This document shows positions 1 through 10,666 of a stretch of DNA of 64,000 nt, piece after piece (the first letter of the stretch is position 1; every line of letters begins with the position of its first letter). The translations under genes and the position numbers were made by a program. The notes under the pieces were generated by a model that ran no database searches, was not told the DNA's origin, and saw nothing but the letters and a program-made list of their open reading frames with translations. This stretch comes from Promethearchaeota archaeon (GTDB lineage Archaea; Asgardarchaeota; Lokiarchaeia; Sigyniarchaeales; SOKP01): the NCBI GenBank assembly GCA_016839555.1, contig JAEOUA010000001.1:32001-96000 (forward strand), in the 5' to 3' direction.

Positions 1-1185
1 GAACAGTTTGAAAACGAAGAGTTTATACAAATAGATTATAATGAAAATTTAATTCTAAGTTATTGCGATAAAACTCGGGTAGCAGAATTTGGCTATGAGA
101 TTTTTATTCTAATATTAGATCAAACAGAAAAGATCAACTTACACAAATTAAAAAGCCAGTTTATTAAGTTTGGAGAAATTCTTTTTCAAAAACCTAAAGA
201 ACAGAGAAAAAAGTATTTCTTAAAAAATATAACGTCAATTTATAAAAAACCTTCTGCTAAAAAGATTTTGCTATTGGGGAGAGCCGCTACTGGAAAAACA
301 AGTATAAAAAAAATTGTTTTTGAAGGAAAAAATCCTAAAGATCTTTTATTCGATCCTATGGAGCCGACTCGAGGAATAACTCCATCAGTCTATTCTTGGT
401 TAGATTTGAAACTAGGATTATTTGACACATCGGGGCAAGAACTTCCATATTTACTAGATGAAAATAATTTTAAGGAACAGACTATGGCCTTTGAAAATGT
501 GGATGTTATTATATATCTTTTTGAATATACTATGTGGGTTGATAGAAAAGAATTAATCTTTAAAGATCTTGAAAAAATAAATTTAATTATAAAGGATAAA
601 TTAGAGAACACTCAATTAATCTTATTCTTACACAAAATAGATTTAATAGAGAAAAATAGTAGAAAAGAATCTCTAAAAGAAATTGAATCTATTATAAAAA
701 ATCAATTACATTTACCCATTTATTTCACAAGTATTTATCCAAAATTGATATATAATCTCTATAATGCTTTTTATGAAATCCTAAGTGATTTTACAGAAGA
801 TAGAAAATATATAAAACAAATTTTAGATGAATTAATTAGAGATTTTAAGAAAATTATGTGTTATATCACCAATAATAATAATGCCATTATTGTACAAACA
901 ATGGATAAGGAATTTAATACTTTATTGATAAATCATACTCACAAAATGATTGCGCAAATAAATCAATCAATCGAAAACATGCTTGAAAAAGAAAATATTA
1001 GCCATTTAATAATTTCGAGCACAAAAGCTCTAAATATTATAATGAATCATTTAAATCTTTCAAATTATAATTTAAATAATTTAATAGTAATGTCTGAAAC
1101 TCTTTCGGCAAATAAATTAATATTTTTAGCTGGAAAAATTAGAGGGAAATTAAACAGGTTTTATTTATACCAAAAAAAAAAGTAG
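1..1185 (+). CDS. Rag/Gtr-like small GTPase with probable N-terminal longin-like domain and C-terminal roadblock-like domain (5' end outside window)
   Basis: Frame is open from base 1 (EQFENEEF...GYEIFILILD...KKILLLG), so the 268 start is artificial. G1 GRAATGKTS, G2 EPTRG, G3 DTSGQ, Rag-type G4 HKID and G5 TSI. C-terminal segment IMCYITNNNNAIIVQT...IVMSETLSANKL looks like a roadblock domain. Confidence 0.85.
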   Translation, partial: EQFENEEFIQIDYNENLILSYCDKTRVAEFGYEIFILILDQTEKINLHKLKSQFIKFGEILFQKPKEQRKKYFLKNITSIYKKPSAKKILLLGRAATGKTSIKKIVFEGKNPKDLLFDPMEPTRGITPSVYSWLDLKLGLFDTSGQELPYLLDENNFKEQTMAFENVDVIIYLFEYTMWVDRKELIFKDLEKINLIIKDKLENTQLILFLHKIDLIEKNSRKESLKEIESIIKNQLHLPIYFTSIYPKLIYNLYNAFYEILSDFTEDRKYIKQILDELIRDFKKIMCYITNNNNAIIVQTMDKEFNTLLINHTHKMIAQINQSIENMLEKENISHLIISSTKALNIIMNHLNLSNYNLNNLIVMSETLSANKLIFLAGKIRGKLNRFYLYQKKK

Positions 1186-1197
1186 TAAAAAGGTAAA

Positions 1198-2880
1198 ATG
1201 AACAAAAAATTAATTTTTGTAGGTCCGTCAGGATCTGGTAAAACAACACTACGAAAAATCTTTTTTGAGGGGGAAAGTGCCTCTAGATTATTAGATTATG
1301 CATTAAAGCCTACCTATGGAGAGGAATCATTAATATTAAGCCTAATTGATGGAAATATTGGGATTTTTGATCTTGCGGGACAAGAAAATGAAAGATGGTT
1401 TACAACTGAGGATAAATCAATTTTTCAAAATGCTGGAATTATTCTAACTGTTATAGAAATAGATACCCCAAATAAAGAAATTCTTTCCTTTGTTAGACGA
1501 GTTATCAAAGTTAGGGATGAGATGGCTCCAGAATGTAATATATATTTATTGATCCATAAAATAGATTTAGTCCAATATATTGAAGTTAGCGCTAAAAGAA
1601 GAGAATTGTTTAATCTTTTAAAAGAATTTACTATTAATAAGATCTATTTTACAAGTATAAAAAACCCTTTTTTTACTCAAACCTTTTCATATTTTGTAGA
1701 GATAATTAAGAATAGTATAGATAGAAAAGTATCTGATAAATTTATTGAAACCAATTTATTAAATGAAACAATTAGATTGTTGTATTATTTAGATCGGGAA
1801 ATTATATTCTCTAAAGAAGATATTTTATTGAAATTAAATCTTACCGAGACTGTTATTAATAATATAATTGATTACTTAATGAAAAAAAAACAAATAAAGT
1901 TAAAAAAACTTGGAAGTAAAACAATAATCAATTTAACAGATAAAGGGAAATCTAATTTTGAATATATTAAACAAAAATTCCCATTAGATAATATATATAA
2001 ATTTGAAGATGATGTGATAATACCCGAATTCTCAACAAAAAAAGAAATTCCCTCCTTTATAGGTTGTTTTATCGCAGATAAAGATGGAAAACTCTTTTTA
2101 AAAACTGAATTATTTGAAGGAGTTTTAAAATCATTCCTTCGAGATGAGGATTCTGAAGATTTAGAAGAAAAACCTTTTGACATTGAATTAATCCCTATGT
2201 TTATCAGTGCCTTAGAAAAATTTTCACAAGAAATTAATATTAAAAATTTATCGGGATTTGATTTAAAAGGAATTAATTTAAATATGAAAATTTATAAATT
2301 CAACAGATATACAGTTACACTTTTTACACGTTCAAATGTAAATCTAAGAACTATTGAATATAAAATAAAATCTTTTTTTTTAGAGATCTTTGAGAATTAT
2401 AAGGATATTTTTATTAGATTTCAAGAAACAGGATCAATTGAACATAACATAGAAATTGCAAATAGAATTAAAGAATGGTTATCAGACTTAAATAGTCTTT
2501 ATGAAGAAAAAATACTTAAATTAGAGTCATATGATAAACAACATGCTGAGAAATTATACAGTGAGTTGGAAAATCTGCAAGAAAAACTCGATTTTATATT
2601 TTCTATTTTAACTGAAAAGATAAAAAAATTAAAAATAAATTTAATGAAAGCTATTTTGGATAATAATTTAGATAAAATTACACAAATTGCTAAAATTTCT
2701 CAAGAATTTATGTTAAAATATCATGATTATACTAATATGGATATAATTGAAGAGCTATCAAACTCTAAAAAATCATTTTCTAAAGAAGCAATAGATGCTT
2801 ATCGAGACAGTGGCGGAATTCCAATTCGCAAGGGGAATTTTACCCAAACTTTTAAAAACTGGTATAAGGAAAATTATTAA
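1198..2880 (+). CDS. Rag-like GTPase - winged helix - longin - coiled-coil multidomain protein
   Basis: GPSGSGKTT, KPTYG, DLAGQ, HKID, TSI. MarR-like wHTH at aa ~187-255 ending INLTDKG. Longin-like segment FIGCFIADKDG...LIPMFISALEKFSQEI. Confidence 0.8.
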   Translation: MNKKLIFVGPSGSGKTTLRKIFFEGESASRLLDYALKPTYGEESLILSLIDGNIGIFDLAGQENERWFTTEDKSIFQNAGIILTVIEIDTPNKEILSFVRRVIKVRDEMAPECNIYLLIHKIDLVQYIEVSAKRRELFNLLKEFTINKIYFTSIKNPFFTQTFSYFVEIIKNSIDRKVSDKFIETNLLNETIRLLYYLDREIIFSKEDILLKLNLTETVINNIIDYLMKKKQIKLKKLGSKTIINLTDKGKSNFEYIKQKFPLDNIYKFEDDVIIPEFSTKKEIPSFIGCFIADKDGKLFLKTELFEGVLKSFLRDEDSEDLEEKPFDIELIPMFISALEKFSQEINIKNLSGFDLKGINLNMKIYKFNRYTVTLFTRSNVNLRTIEYKIKSFFLEIFENYKDIFIRFQETGSIEHNIEIANRIKEWLSDLNSLYEEKILKLESYDKQHAEKLYSELENLQEKLDFIFSILTEKIKKLKINLMKAILDNNLDKITQIAKISQEFMLKYHDYTNMDIIEELSNSKKSFSKEAIDAYRDSGGIPIRKGNFTQTFKNWYKENY

Positions 2881-3101
2881 AAAAAAACACTGACTTTCAG
2901 AAGAACAATATAGTTAAAAAAAAGATTAAAATACCTCTCTTAATTTTATAATTATATTATATTAAAAAAAACAGTATCATCAAATTTAATTATATATAAT
3001 ATAATTTTTAATAAGATTATTATTTATATATTTTTATATATTAAATATTTCTTGGATTTTATGTATTTCATATGACCTAAGAATACAATAATTGATTTAA
3101 A

Positions 3102-3950
3102 ATGAATGAAGACCGAAAAATAATCTTTTTAGGGTTAGACAATGCAGGAAAAACATCCCTATTAACAAGGTTAGGAGGGAAGTTAAGTATTGAAGACTTA
3201 ACGAAACTAGAACCCACAAGAGGGGTAGAAAGACAAGAAATTAGTAGTAAAAGTATGAGTTTATTAATATGGGATTTTGGGGGACAGAGTGATCATAGAT
3301 CTGAATATCTTCAAGACCCTGAAGAATATTTTTTAGATACAACTTTACTAATATATGTTATTGATATACAAGAACCAGATAGGTTTCAAGAAAGTGTTGA
3401 TTATTTTAAAAATATATTAGATATTTTAGACCGATTCGATGAAGATCCCGATATACTAATATTTTTTCATAAATTCGATCCTGATATTAAGAATGATATA
3501 AAAATATTCAATAATATTCAAAAATTAAAGACTCTCCTTGAATCGATAATTAATGGAACTAAATTTAATTATGAAGGTTATTTAACATCTATTTATTCAG
3601 GTTTTCCACAACAACCAAGATTTATCAAACTTGTAAAAGAAATAGTAGAGGGCAAACCCTTAGAACAAGCAACTTTACAAGTAAAGGTTAATAAAATTGG
3701 GCAAGCTTTAGAAAATACCTTGAGTGCAATTGTTAAAATCAGCTCGAATATTATGACTCTAGAGAAGAGATTTTCATCTTTAGAACAGAAATTGATAAAT
3801 AATAAAATCCTTTCTAAAGATGAAACATTAACTGAAGCAACAAAACAAGGTGTATCAAAGGAAAAAAGTGGAAAACTCGACAGAGATGTTCTAAAGACTG
3901 AAACAATATCACAATTAAAAGATATTATTGTTGAGAAGGAAAAGGAATAA
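3102..3950 (+). CDS. Arf/Rag-like small GTPase with C-terminal coiled coil
   Basis: Arf-type G1 GLDNAGKTS, EPTRG, WDFGGQ, but Rag-type HKFD and TSI. Heptad-rich tail. Confidence 0.85.
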   Translation: MNEDRKIIFLGLDNAGKTSLLTRLGGKLSIEDLTKLEPTRGVERQEISSKSMSLLIWDFGGQSDHRSEYLQDPEEYFLDTTLLIYVIDIQEPDRFQESVDYFKNILDILDRFDEDPDILIFFHKFDPDIKNDIKIFNNIQKLKTLLESIINGTKFNYEGYLTSIYSGFPQQPRFIKLVKEIVEGKPLEQATLQVKVNKIGQALENTLSAIVKISSNIMTLEKRFSSLEQKLINNKILSKDETLTEATKQGVSKEKSGKLDRDVLKTETISQLKDIIVEKEKE

Positions 3951-3982
3951 AAATTTTGATTTAAATAGTAATTTTTATTCTT

Positions 3983-5032
3983 TTATGAAATTTTTTCTAA
4001 AGCATTTTTTAATTTTTGAGATTTTTGATAAAATTCTTGACTTAAAGAATCATCTCCTAGATCTAAGCATATATCAGCAAGGGCATTAAAAATTTCTTGT
4101 ACTTTTCTAAATTGGCGATTATTTAATGCCTTTTCTACCTTCTCCATCAATTTATCTCTTTTTGATAAAGGTTTTAATAGTGGAGAAACTTCTGTGTTCA
4201 TATCTAAAATATCTGCAATAATTGTAATCATTTTTTCTCTATTATTTGGATCGATTGCAATCATTGTATATGTCTTTAATCCTAATAATTCTTCTATTTC
4301 TTCAGGTCTCATTGCATTTTTTAAATCTTGTTTGTTTCCAATTACTGCCGCATGAGCATAGGGTGCCTCTTCTTGTATTAAATGTAGGAAATATTTACTT
4401 TTTTCGACATTCTCCAATGTAGAATCAGTAATAAGTAACACGGCATCGCTCCCTTTTATAAATTTATTCCATAAAAAACTAAAATGATCTTGACCAGCAA
4501 AATCCCATAAGTTAAAAGTTAATTTGCCGATTTTTATTGTAGCTATATCTCCAGTAATTGTTGGCACATGCTCTGTAGGAATTTCTTGGGCTTTAATGAG
4601 CCTTAAAATTGTAGTTTTTCCGACACTTGAAAAACCAACTAAAGAGATTTTTGGTTTTAAACTTTCAAAAGCATGATCAATTATTGGATTTATAACTGCT
4701 ATCATTGAAGAATCTAAAGTCTTCTCTTTAATCATCTCATCAAAAGTATTTAAAATTTCTTTTTTTAACTTGATTAATTCTTTTTTTATCAATTCAATAT
4801 CATCTGTTAATCCCGTTATAAAAATTATTACTAATTCCGATTCTTTATTGATGATGTAGCAAATTTTATGCGTATAAAAATCAAATGCACCAATTTCACT
4901 TTCTAATATTGAATTGGAATCTTGCGTTATAAAGGGGAAAATAGCCTGAAATTCATTTTCTGTAAATAATTTGCTATATTGCCTCTGATATTTAACTTCC
5001 CCATTTATTATAACATAAATTTTTCTCAACAT
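3983..5032 (-). CDS. Longin-domain - Arf-like small GTPase fusion with helical C-terminus
   Basis: N-terminal longin-like ~125 aa (IYVIINGEVKYQRQY...VIIFITGLTD). GFSSVGKTT, PTITG, WDFAGQ, NKQD. Confidence 0.85.
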   Translation of the reverse strand: MLRKIYVIINGEVKYQRQYSKLFTENEFQAIFPFITQDSNSILESEIGAFDFYTHKICYIINKESELVIIFITGLTDDIELIKKELIKLKKEILNTFDEMIKEKTLDSSMIAVINPIIDHAFESLKPKISLVGFSSVGKTTILRLIKAQEIPTEHVPTITGDIATIKIGKLTFNLWDFAGQDHFSFLWNKFIKGSDAVLLITDSTLENVEKSKYFLHLIQEEAPYAHAAVIGNKQDLKNAMRPEEIEELLGLKTYTMIAIDPNNREKMITIIADILDMNTEVSPLLKPLSKRDKLMEKVEKALNNRQFRKVQEIFNALADICLDLGDDSLSQEFYQKSQKLKNALEKIS

Positions 5033-5080
5033 CCTTAAAACACTCCTAATTATAAGAATTCTATTTTATTTTATTATTTA

Positions 5081-5998
5081 TTAATTAGAATAAAATCTGT
5101 TTAATTTTTCAAATAAATTATCTCTAATCTTAATTAATTTCATTTTATCTAATTCTTGAGAGATTAGAATTAGATGATTAAAGTTTTGATTATATTTTTT
5201 CACGTCTTCTATATTAATTCCTAAAAGTTCATTTCCAGATTCAATTATTTTAAATTCAGATTTTAATGCTTTATTAATTTGAAAATCTTGTGTAATTGAA
5301 GAGATATCATGATATATATTTCTAATGAATTTTGGTTTAATATCATCTGTCATAGTTTGGATTATAACCTTATTATTTTCATCAGTTATTAGACATATAA
5401 TTCCCTTAGTCTCTCCAATAATTTCATCAATATTAGCCTTTAAATCATGTAATTTTTTAGAAAATTTAATTAAAATTTCAGAAAATGCATTAAATATGTT
5501 ATATATAAATTGTGGTTGTAAGCTTGTAAAATATACTTGTAAATTTTTTTCTATTTTTATCGATTCATTAATATCATTTTCTATAATACTAAATAGATTC
5601 CTATTTTTATGATGGATTAAGTCAATTTTATGAAAGAATAATGTTAATTCTGCATTAATCTCATATTTTTGCATTATTTTATGAATTTCTTTTATATCCT
5701 TAATTAATAAATCCTTTTTAGAAGTATACATAGTATAATCTAGAACATAAATAACAATTGATGCACTTTTAAAAGCCTTTTTCTGTTCTTCCTCATCTTC
5801 TAATAAAAAGGGTAGCTCCTGCCCAGAAGTATCAAAGATATTTATATCTACATCTATCCATGAATAAGAAGAAGTATTAATCCCACGAGTAGGTTCAAGG
5901 GGATAAATAATTAGATCGTTAGGATTATTCATCTCAAAAACAGCTTGTTTAATACTTGTTTTTCCTACACTGGGTTTTCCTATTAAAACTAACTTCAT
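5081..5998 (-). CDS. Rag/Gtr-like small GTPase with C-terminal roadblock-like domain (paralog of 1..1185)
   Basis: GKPSVGKTSIKQAVF, EPTRG, DTSGQELP, HKID, TSL. Roadblock-like IICLITDENNKVIIQT. Confidence 0.85.
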   Translation of the reverse strand: MKLVLIGKPSVGKTSIKQAVFEMNNPNDLIIYPLEPTRGINTSSYSWIDVDINIFDTSGQELPFLLEDEEEQKKAFKSASIVIYVLDYTMYTSKKDLLIKDIKEIHKIMQKYEINAELTLFFHKIDLIHHKNRNLFSIIENDINESIKIEKNLQVYFTSLQPQFIYNIFNAFSEILIKFSKKLHDLKANIDEIIGETKGIICLITDENNKVIIQTMTDDIKPKFIRNIYHDISSITQDFQINKALKSEFKIIESGNELLGINIEDVKKYNQNFNHLILISQELDKMKLIKIRDNLFEKLNRFYSN

Positions 5999-6249
5999 CA
6001 GGGTTTTAATTTCTTGTTCATATAAATTTAATTAATAATTATATACTCATTAAAAAATTAATCTTATATAAACTTCTATTTTTCTGAATTTATTTTTTTT
6101 TTATTTAATGTGTTAAAATCCATTTAGTTGATTTAATCAAAAAGAATTTAAACTCTCAATTTTTTATATTTTAACTATTTATATTATTTTTTCTAAATCC
6201 AATCTAAATAATAATGAAATCTACAAAATTCGAAATAATTAATTAAATT

Positions 6250-7887
6250 TTAAAGTTCCATATCCGTTGGCTTTTTCTTTTTAGGAAGACTAACTGTGAA
6301 TGTTGAACCTGACCCTAAAATACTAGTAAATGTAATGTTCCCTTCATGCAATTCAACCAACCTTTTAGTTAATGAAAGGCCTAAACCTGTTCCAGGTACA
6401 GACTTAACATAAGTTGAATCAACTCGTTTAAATTCCTTAAAGATTATATCAAAGTCTTCGCGAGCAATACCTATTCCAGTATCTCTTACCTTAAACACCC
6501 AATCTCGAAATAGTTCTTTAATATCAAGTGTTACTTTTCCCTCAATAGTATATTTAATAGCATTGGTCAATAAATTAAGAAGAATTTCCTTAAATCTAAT
6601 AGGATCACCATATATCTCCATATTATCCTTTAAACCTTTAATTTTAAATTTTAATTCTTTTTGAGTATATAATGGTTTTATTGTCGATTTAATTTGGTCA
6701 AGAATACTGTTTAAAGAAAAATATTTTTTATCTAAAACATACTTTCCAGATTCAATTTTCGTAATATCTAAGATTTTATTTATCATCTCAAGTTGATGTT
6801 CTGCAGAGGATCTCATGTCTCTTAAATATTCTTTTTGTAATTCATTCAAGTTTCCAATTTCTTCCTCCAATAATAAGTCCGTAAATCCAATTATTGGATT
6901 TAATGGAGTTCTTAATTCATGTGACATTGTTGCCAAGAATTCATTTTTAAATCTTGAGGCTTTTATAAGTTCTTCTTTAAATCTTTCTTGTTTTTTAAGA
7001 GCTTTTTTTAACTCTATTGTTCTTTTTTTAACCTTTACTTTTAATTCTTTTTCAAATCGTTCTTTAAAAGATTTACTTCTTTTACGGTTACTAATATCTT
7101 TTGCAATACCTATAAGGCCGTTAATATTACCATTTTTATTAAAAAATGGTATTTTTACTGCTCGAAACCAATATTCTTTATTATTCAATGCTGATATATG
7201 CTTTGTAATTTTTTTGATTTCCCCTGTTGAGAATACCTCTTGGTCATGTCTCATATTTTTTGCTGCTTCAGCTTTGTTAAATATTAACTCATTATCTGAT
7301 CTCCCTATTATTTCCTCATGAGGTAAGCCAAAGGCTTTTACTATTTTATTATTTATAATCTGATAATGGCTTTTTAAATCTTTAAAAAATATAGCCTCTG
7401 GAACAGAATCAAGTATAAATTTATAAATTTTCATCTTTTTTTCATTTTTCTTCCATTCTGTAACATCTTTTATTAAACCATTAAAACCAATTTTCTCACC
7501 ATCAAGATCGTGTAATAAATAAATACATATGATAATATCTTTTTTTATACGATTGTTTGTTTTAATTTTTAAATTTATATTCTTTTTTTCTTGATTGGAT
7601 ATATACACATTTCTAAATAAATCAAATATTTGCTCACTTGATTTATAATCCAAAAAGTCCTGAAAATTTTTCCCAGCGATGACTTTTTTCTCATATCCCA
7701 ATATTTCAAGTAATGATTTATTCCAAGAAATAAAATTACCTTTTAAATCAACCTCATAATATCCTTCTTCTATATTTTCTAATATCTTTTTATTTATTTT
7801 TGCATTTGTTTGATTATATCTTATCTTTTCATCTTTATCTTCTAATTTTTTACCATTTGCTTGAGTATTTATTTTGTCTAATCCCAT
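6250..7887 (-). CDS. Soluble PAS-PAS sensor histidine kinase
   Basis: Two PAS/PAC domains, H-box SHELRTPLN, N-box NLLTNAIKYT, G1 DTGIG, G2 GTGLGL. No transmembrane segment. Confidence 0.95.
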   Translation of the reverse strand: MGLDKINTQANGKKLEDKDEKIRYNQTNAKINKKILENIEEGYYEVDLKGNFISWNKSLLEILGYEKKVIAGKNFQDFLDYKSSEQIFDLFRNVYISNQEKKNINLKIKTNNRIKKDIIICIYLLHDLDGEKIGFNGLIKDVTEWKKNEKKMKIYKFILDSVPEAIFFKDLKSHYQIINNKIVKAFGLPHEEIIGRSDNELIFNKAEAAKNMRHDQEVFSTGEIKKITKHISALNNKEYWFRAVKIPFFNKNGNINGLIGIAKDISNRKRSKSFKERFEKELKVKVKKRTIELKKALKKQERFKEELIKASRFKNEFLATMSHELRTPLNPIIGFTDLLLEEEIGNLNELQKEYLRDMRSSAEHQLEMINKILDITKIESGKYVLDKKYFSLNSILDQIKSTIKPLYTQKELKFKIKGLKDNMEIYGDPIRFKEILLNLLTNAIKYTIEGKVTLDIKELFRDWVFKVRDTGIGIAREDFDIIFKEFKRVDSTYVKSVPGTGLGLSLTKRLVELHEGNITFTSILGSGSTFTVSLPKKKKPTDMEL

Positions 7888-10142
7888 TAAAGGCTTGCCT
7901 CCTGATGTTTCCTTATCTTTGGTATAGTAAAAAAAAATATGGTTCCTTTATTTATTTCACTTTTAAACCATATCTCGCCTCCATGCAGCTCAACTAATCG
8001 TTTTGTTAGAGCCAAACCAATTCCAGAACCAGAGACATTATTTGTAATATCATTTTCAATTCTCCCAAATTCTCTAAAAACAAGTTCATAGTCTTCTTTT
8101 CTTATTCCAATCCCTGTATCAATTACTTGAAATTCCCAGTGGTCGCTTCTTTCTATCCCTCGAAACTTAAACTCGCCTTTCTCTGTAAATTTAATGGCGT
8201 TGTCAATAAGATTAAAAAGAATTTGTTTAAATCTTAACTGATCTGCATAAATATGTGTATTTTGATTAATATTTTCTATACAAAATGATATCCCTTTTTT
8301 TTCATACTTAGGTTTGAAAATGGATTGAAGCCCCTTTAATAATTTAAATATTGAAAACTGTTTTTTATTGAGCTTTAATTTGCCAATTTTTATTTTAGAG
8401 AGATCAAGCATAGATTTTATTAAATCATCTAAGTGTTCAGCGGCAGAAAAAATATCATTTAAAAAATCATATTGGTTTGCATTTAAATCACCATATGATT
8501 TTTCTAATAAAAGAGATGAAAATCCAATAATAGCATTTAAAGGAGTTCTTAAATCATGAGACATCTCAGCAAGGAACCTGTCCTTAAATTCTAGAGACTT
8601 ATTTAATTGATCTAGTAAAAGATCTCTATTACGTTCATTTTGCTTACGAGATGTAATATCTGATATAAAAGATTGAATAATGATATTTTTTGCAATTTTC
8701 AATATAGTTGAGGTTATTTCAACTTCGATTGTTTTTCCATCTTTTCTAACTATTTTAGTTTCTATTTTATTTCTTTTTTTTAAGTTATAAATATCATCCT
8801 GATAATGGTTTATAATTCTTTTTTTATCTTTTGGAGAGAAATAGTGAAAGATCTTGGAATTTAAAAATTCTTCTTCATCATATTTTAATAACTCTTTAGC
8901 TCCTTGATTTGCTCTTAATATTTTCCCCTCTTGAGACATTAAAAATATTGCCAATGGAGCATATTCAATTAAGGAATTCATTTCATGAAGTGTTTTTTCA
9001 AGCCGAATCATTTCCTCTTCTGATGCTCGAATTTGTGTTATATCTCGAAATGTTATATATAATAGCGGTTCATTATTAAGAGTTGTTGAGTAAAATTTTA
9101 ACTCCAACCAAATTTCCTTATTATCCTTTTTATTAATCTTCAATTCAAATGATTCTGGATATTTTTCTATATTTATCAACTTATTATCTTTGGAAAAAAT
9201 ATGAAGTTCTTCGATTGGACTTAAAATCGTTTTTTCATAATTTTGATTTACTATCTCATGTTTTTCAATCCCAATAAGATTTAAAAATGAACTAGTACAA
9301 TCAATAATAATCCCCTTTTTATTTAGAATAACCATCGGAAAAGGAAATTTTTCAAATAAATGACGATATTTATGTTCTGATTCTTCTAATAATTTTTTAT
9401 ACATTCTATTTTTTGTAATATCTCTTAAGGTTATAAGCATAGCTTCTTCCGTTTCCCATTGAAAATCCACAGAGCTGACTTCAGCATATTTTATATCATT
9501 TTTACCACATGTAATAGAAACATGTTTAGATCCTTCTTTTTTAACAAGATTTTCAAACTTTTCACCCTTAAGAGAATTATTATTGCATTTAAAAAGGCGC
9601 TCCGTTGCTGGATTAAAAAATTTAATAATACCTTTAACATCTGTTATTATAATTGCGATTGGGGACGTTTGAATGATCTTTCTAAGTCTTTTTTCTTTCT
9701 TAGATAAATCATCTGCTAAAGATTGAATTGTTCTAATCATTCGGTTTCTATCTATGGCATGATATATCGCGCGGACTAAAGGCTCTGTATCAACCTGTCC
9801 TTTCACGAGATAATCTTGAGCACCTGCTTGTACGGATCTTCTAGCGAGAGATTCATCTTTCAAACCTGTAAGCACAATTATCGGGATATTTTCAGCGGCT
9901 TCTCGTGTTTTAATTAACGTTTGAAAACCAGAACTATCTGGAAGTCCTAAATCCAAAAGAATTACATCAAAGAATTCATTCTGAATTTGATAAAGAGCTT
10001 GTTCTAAATCTTCCGTATTTTTTAACTCAAACTTAAAGTTAGTGGCAAAGTTTAACATTTCTTTAATTAAACGAACATCACCAAGATTATCCTCTATTAG
10101 AAGTATCTTTAATTCTATATTTTTTCCCTCCCCTATTTGCAT
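7887..10142 (-). CDS. Receiver-PAS-PAS-PAS histidine kinase (N-terminal REC)
   Basis: REC (LLIEDN, DVILLDLGLPD, VLTG, YLVK), three PAS domains, SHDLRTPLN, NLIDNAIKFT, DTGIG, GSGIGL. Stop overlaps the next start (TAATG). Confidence 0.95.
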   Translation of the reverse strand: MQIGEGKNIELKILLIEDNLGDVRLIKEMLNFATNFKFELKNTEDLEQALYQIQNEFFDVILLDLGLPDSSGFQTLIKTREAAENIPIIVLTGLKDESLARRSVQAGAQDYLVKGQVDTEPLVRAIYHAIDRNRMIRTIQSLADDLSKKEKRLRKIIQTSPIAIIITDVKGIIKFFNPATERLFKCNNNSLKGEKFENLVKKEGSKHVSITCGKNDIKYAEVSSVDFQWETEEAMLITLRDITKNRMYKKLLEESEHKYRHLFEKFPFPMVILNKKGIIIDCTSSFLNLIGIEKHEIVNQNYEKTILSPIEELHIFSKDNKLINIEKYPESFELKINKKDNKEIWLELKFYSTTLNNEPLLYITFRDITQIRASEEEMIRLEKTLHEMNSLIEYAPLAIFLMSQEGKILRANQGAKELLKYDEEEFLNSKIFHYFSPKDKKRIINHYQDDIYNLKKRNKIETKIVRKDGKTIEVEITSTILKIAKNIIIQSFISDITSRKQNERNRDLLLDQLNKSLEFKDRFLAEMSHDLRTPLNAIIGFSSLLLEKSYGDLNANQYDFLNDIFSAAEHLDDLIKSMLDLSKIKIGKLKLNKKQFSIFKLLKGLQSIFKPKYEKKGISFCIENINQNTHIYADQLRFKQILFNLIDNAIKFTEKGEFKFRGIERSDHWEFQVIDTGIGIRKEDYELVFREFGRIENDITNNVSGSGIGLALTKRLVELHGGEIWFKSEINKGTIFFFTIPKIRKHQEASL

Positions 10143-10185
10143 CTCCTCCTTTTAATATTTAATATAAAAATATTATTATTTAATT

Positions 10186-10635
10186 TTATTCGTCTGGTGG
10201 CAATTTAACAATACTAAACCAGAACTCTCCTATAGACCGAACAACTTTCAAAAATTGTTCCATATCAACTGTTTTAGTGATATAACAATTTGCGTGTCTA
10301 TTATAAGTTTCTAAAATATCTTCCTCTGCTTCAGAAATTGTCAGAATAACTACTGGAATCCGTTTTAAATTTTTATCATCTTTGATTTCAGCTAATACCT
10401 CTCGACCATCTTTTTTAGGTAAATTTAAATCTAAAAGGATTAGATCTGGACGTGGTGTGTCCTTAAATTTACCTTTTTTCCTTAAAAACTCCATTGCTTC
10501 CACTCCGTCTAACACAACGTATAGGTTATTTATAATTTTACTTTCTTTAAGTGCCTCTTTTGTTAATCGAATATCACCAGGACTATCCTCAACTAATAAT
10601 ATCTCAATGGGAGTCATTCTTTTCATTTTATTCAT
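10186..10635 (-). CDS. Single-domain response regulator, Rcp1/CheY-like
   Basis: LLVEDSPGD, PDLILLDLNLP, IPVVILT, ANCYITK, FW tail typical of the Rcp1 family. Confidence 0.95.
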   Translation of the reverse strand: MNKMKRMTPIEILLVEDSPGDIRLTKEALKESKIINNLYVVLDGVEAMEFLRKKGKFKDTPRPDLILLDLNLPKKDGREVLAEIKDDKNLKRIPVVILTISEAEEDILETYNRHANCYITKTVDMEQFLKVVRSIGEFWFSIVKLPPDE

Positions 10636-10666
10636 TTTTTAAACCTTTTTTTTTGAATTTTATTTT

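Noticed and set aside
2813-2829. GC-richer imperfect hairpin GCGGAATT-CC-AATTCGC inside a CDS
   Set aside because: Short, with a 2-nt loop, and explained by Gly-Gly-Ile-Pro-Ile-Arg codons.
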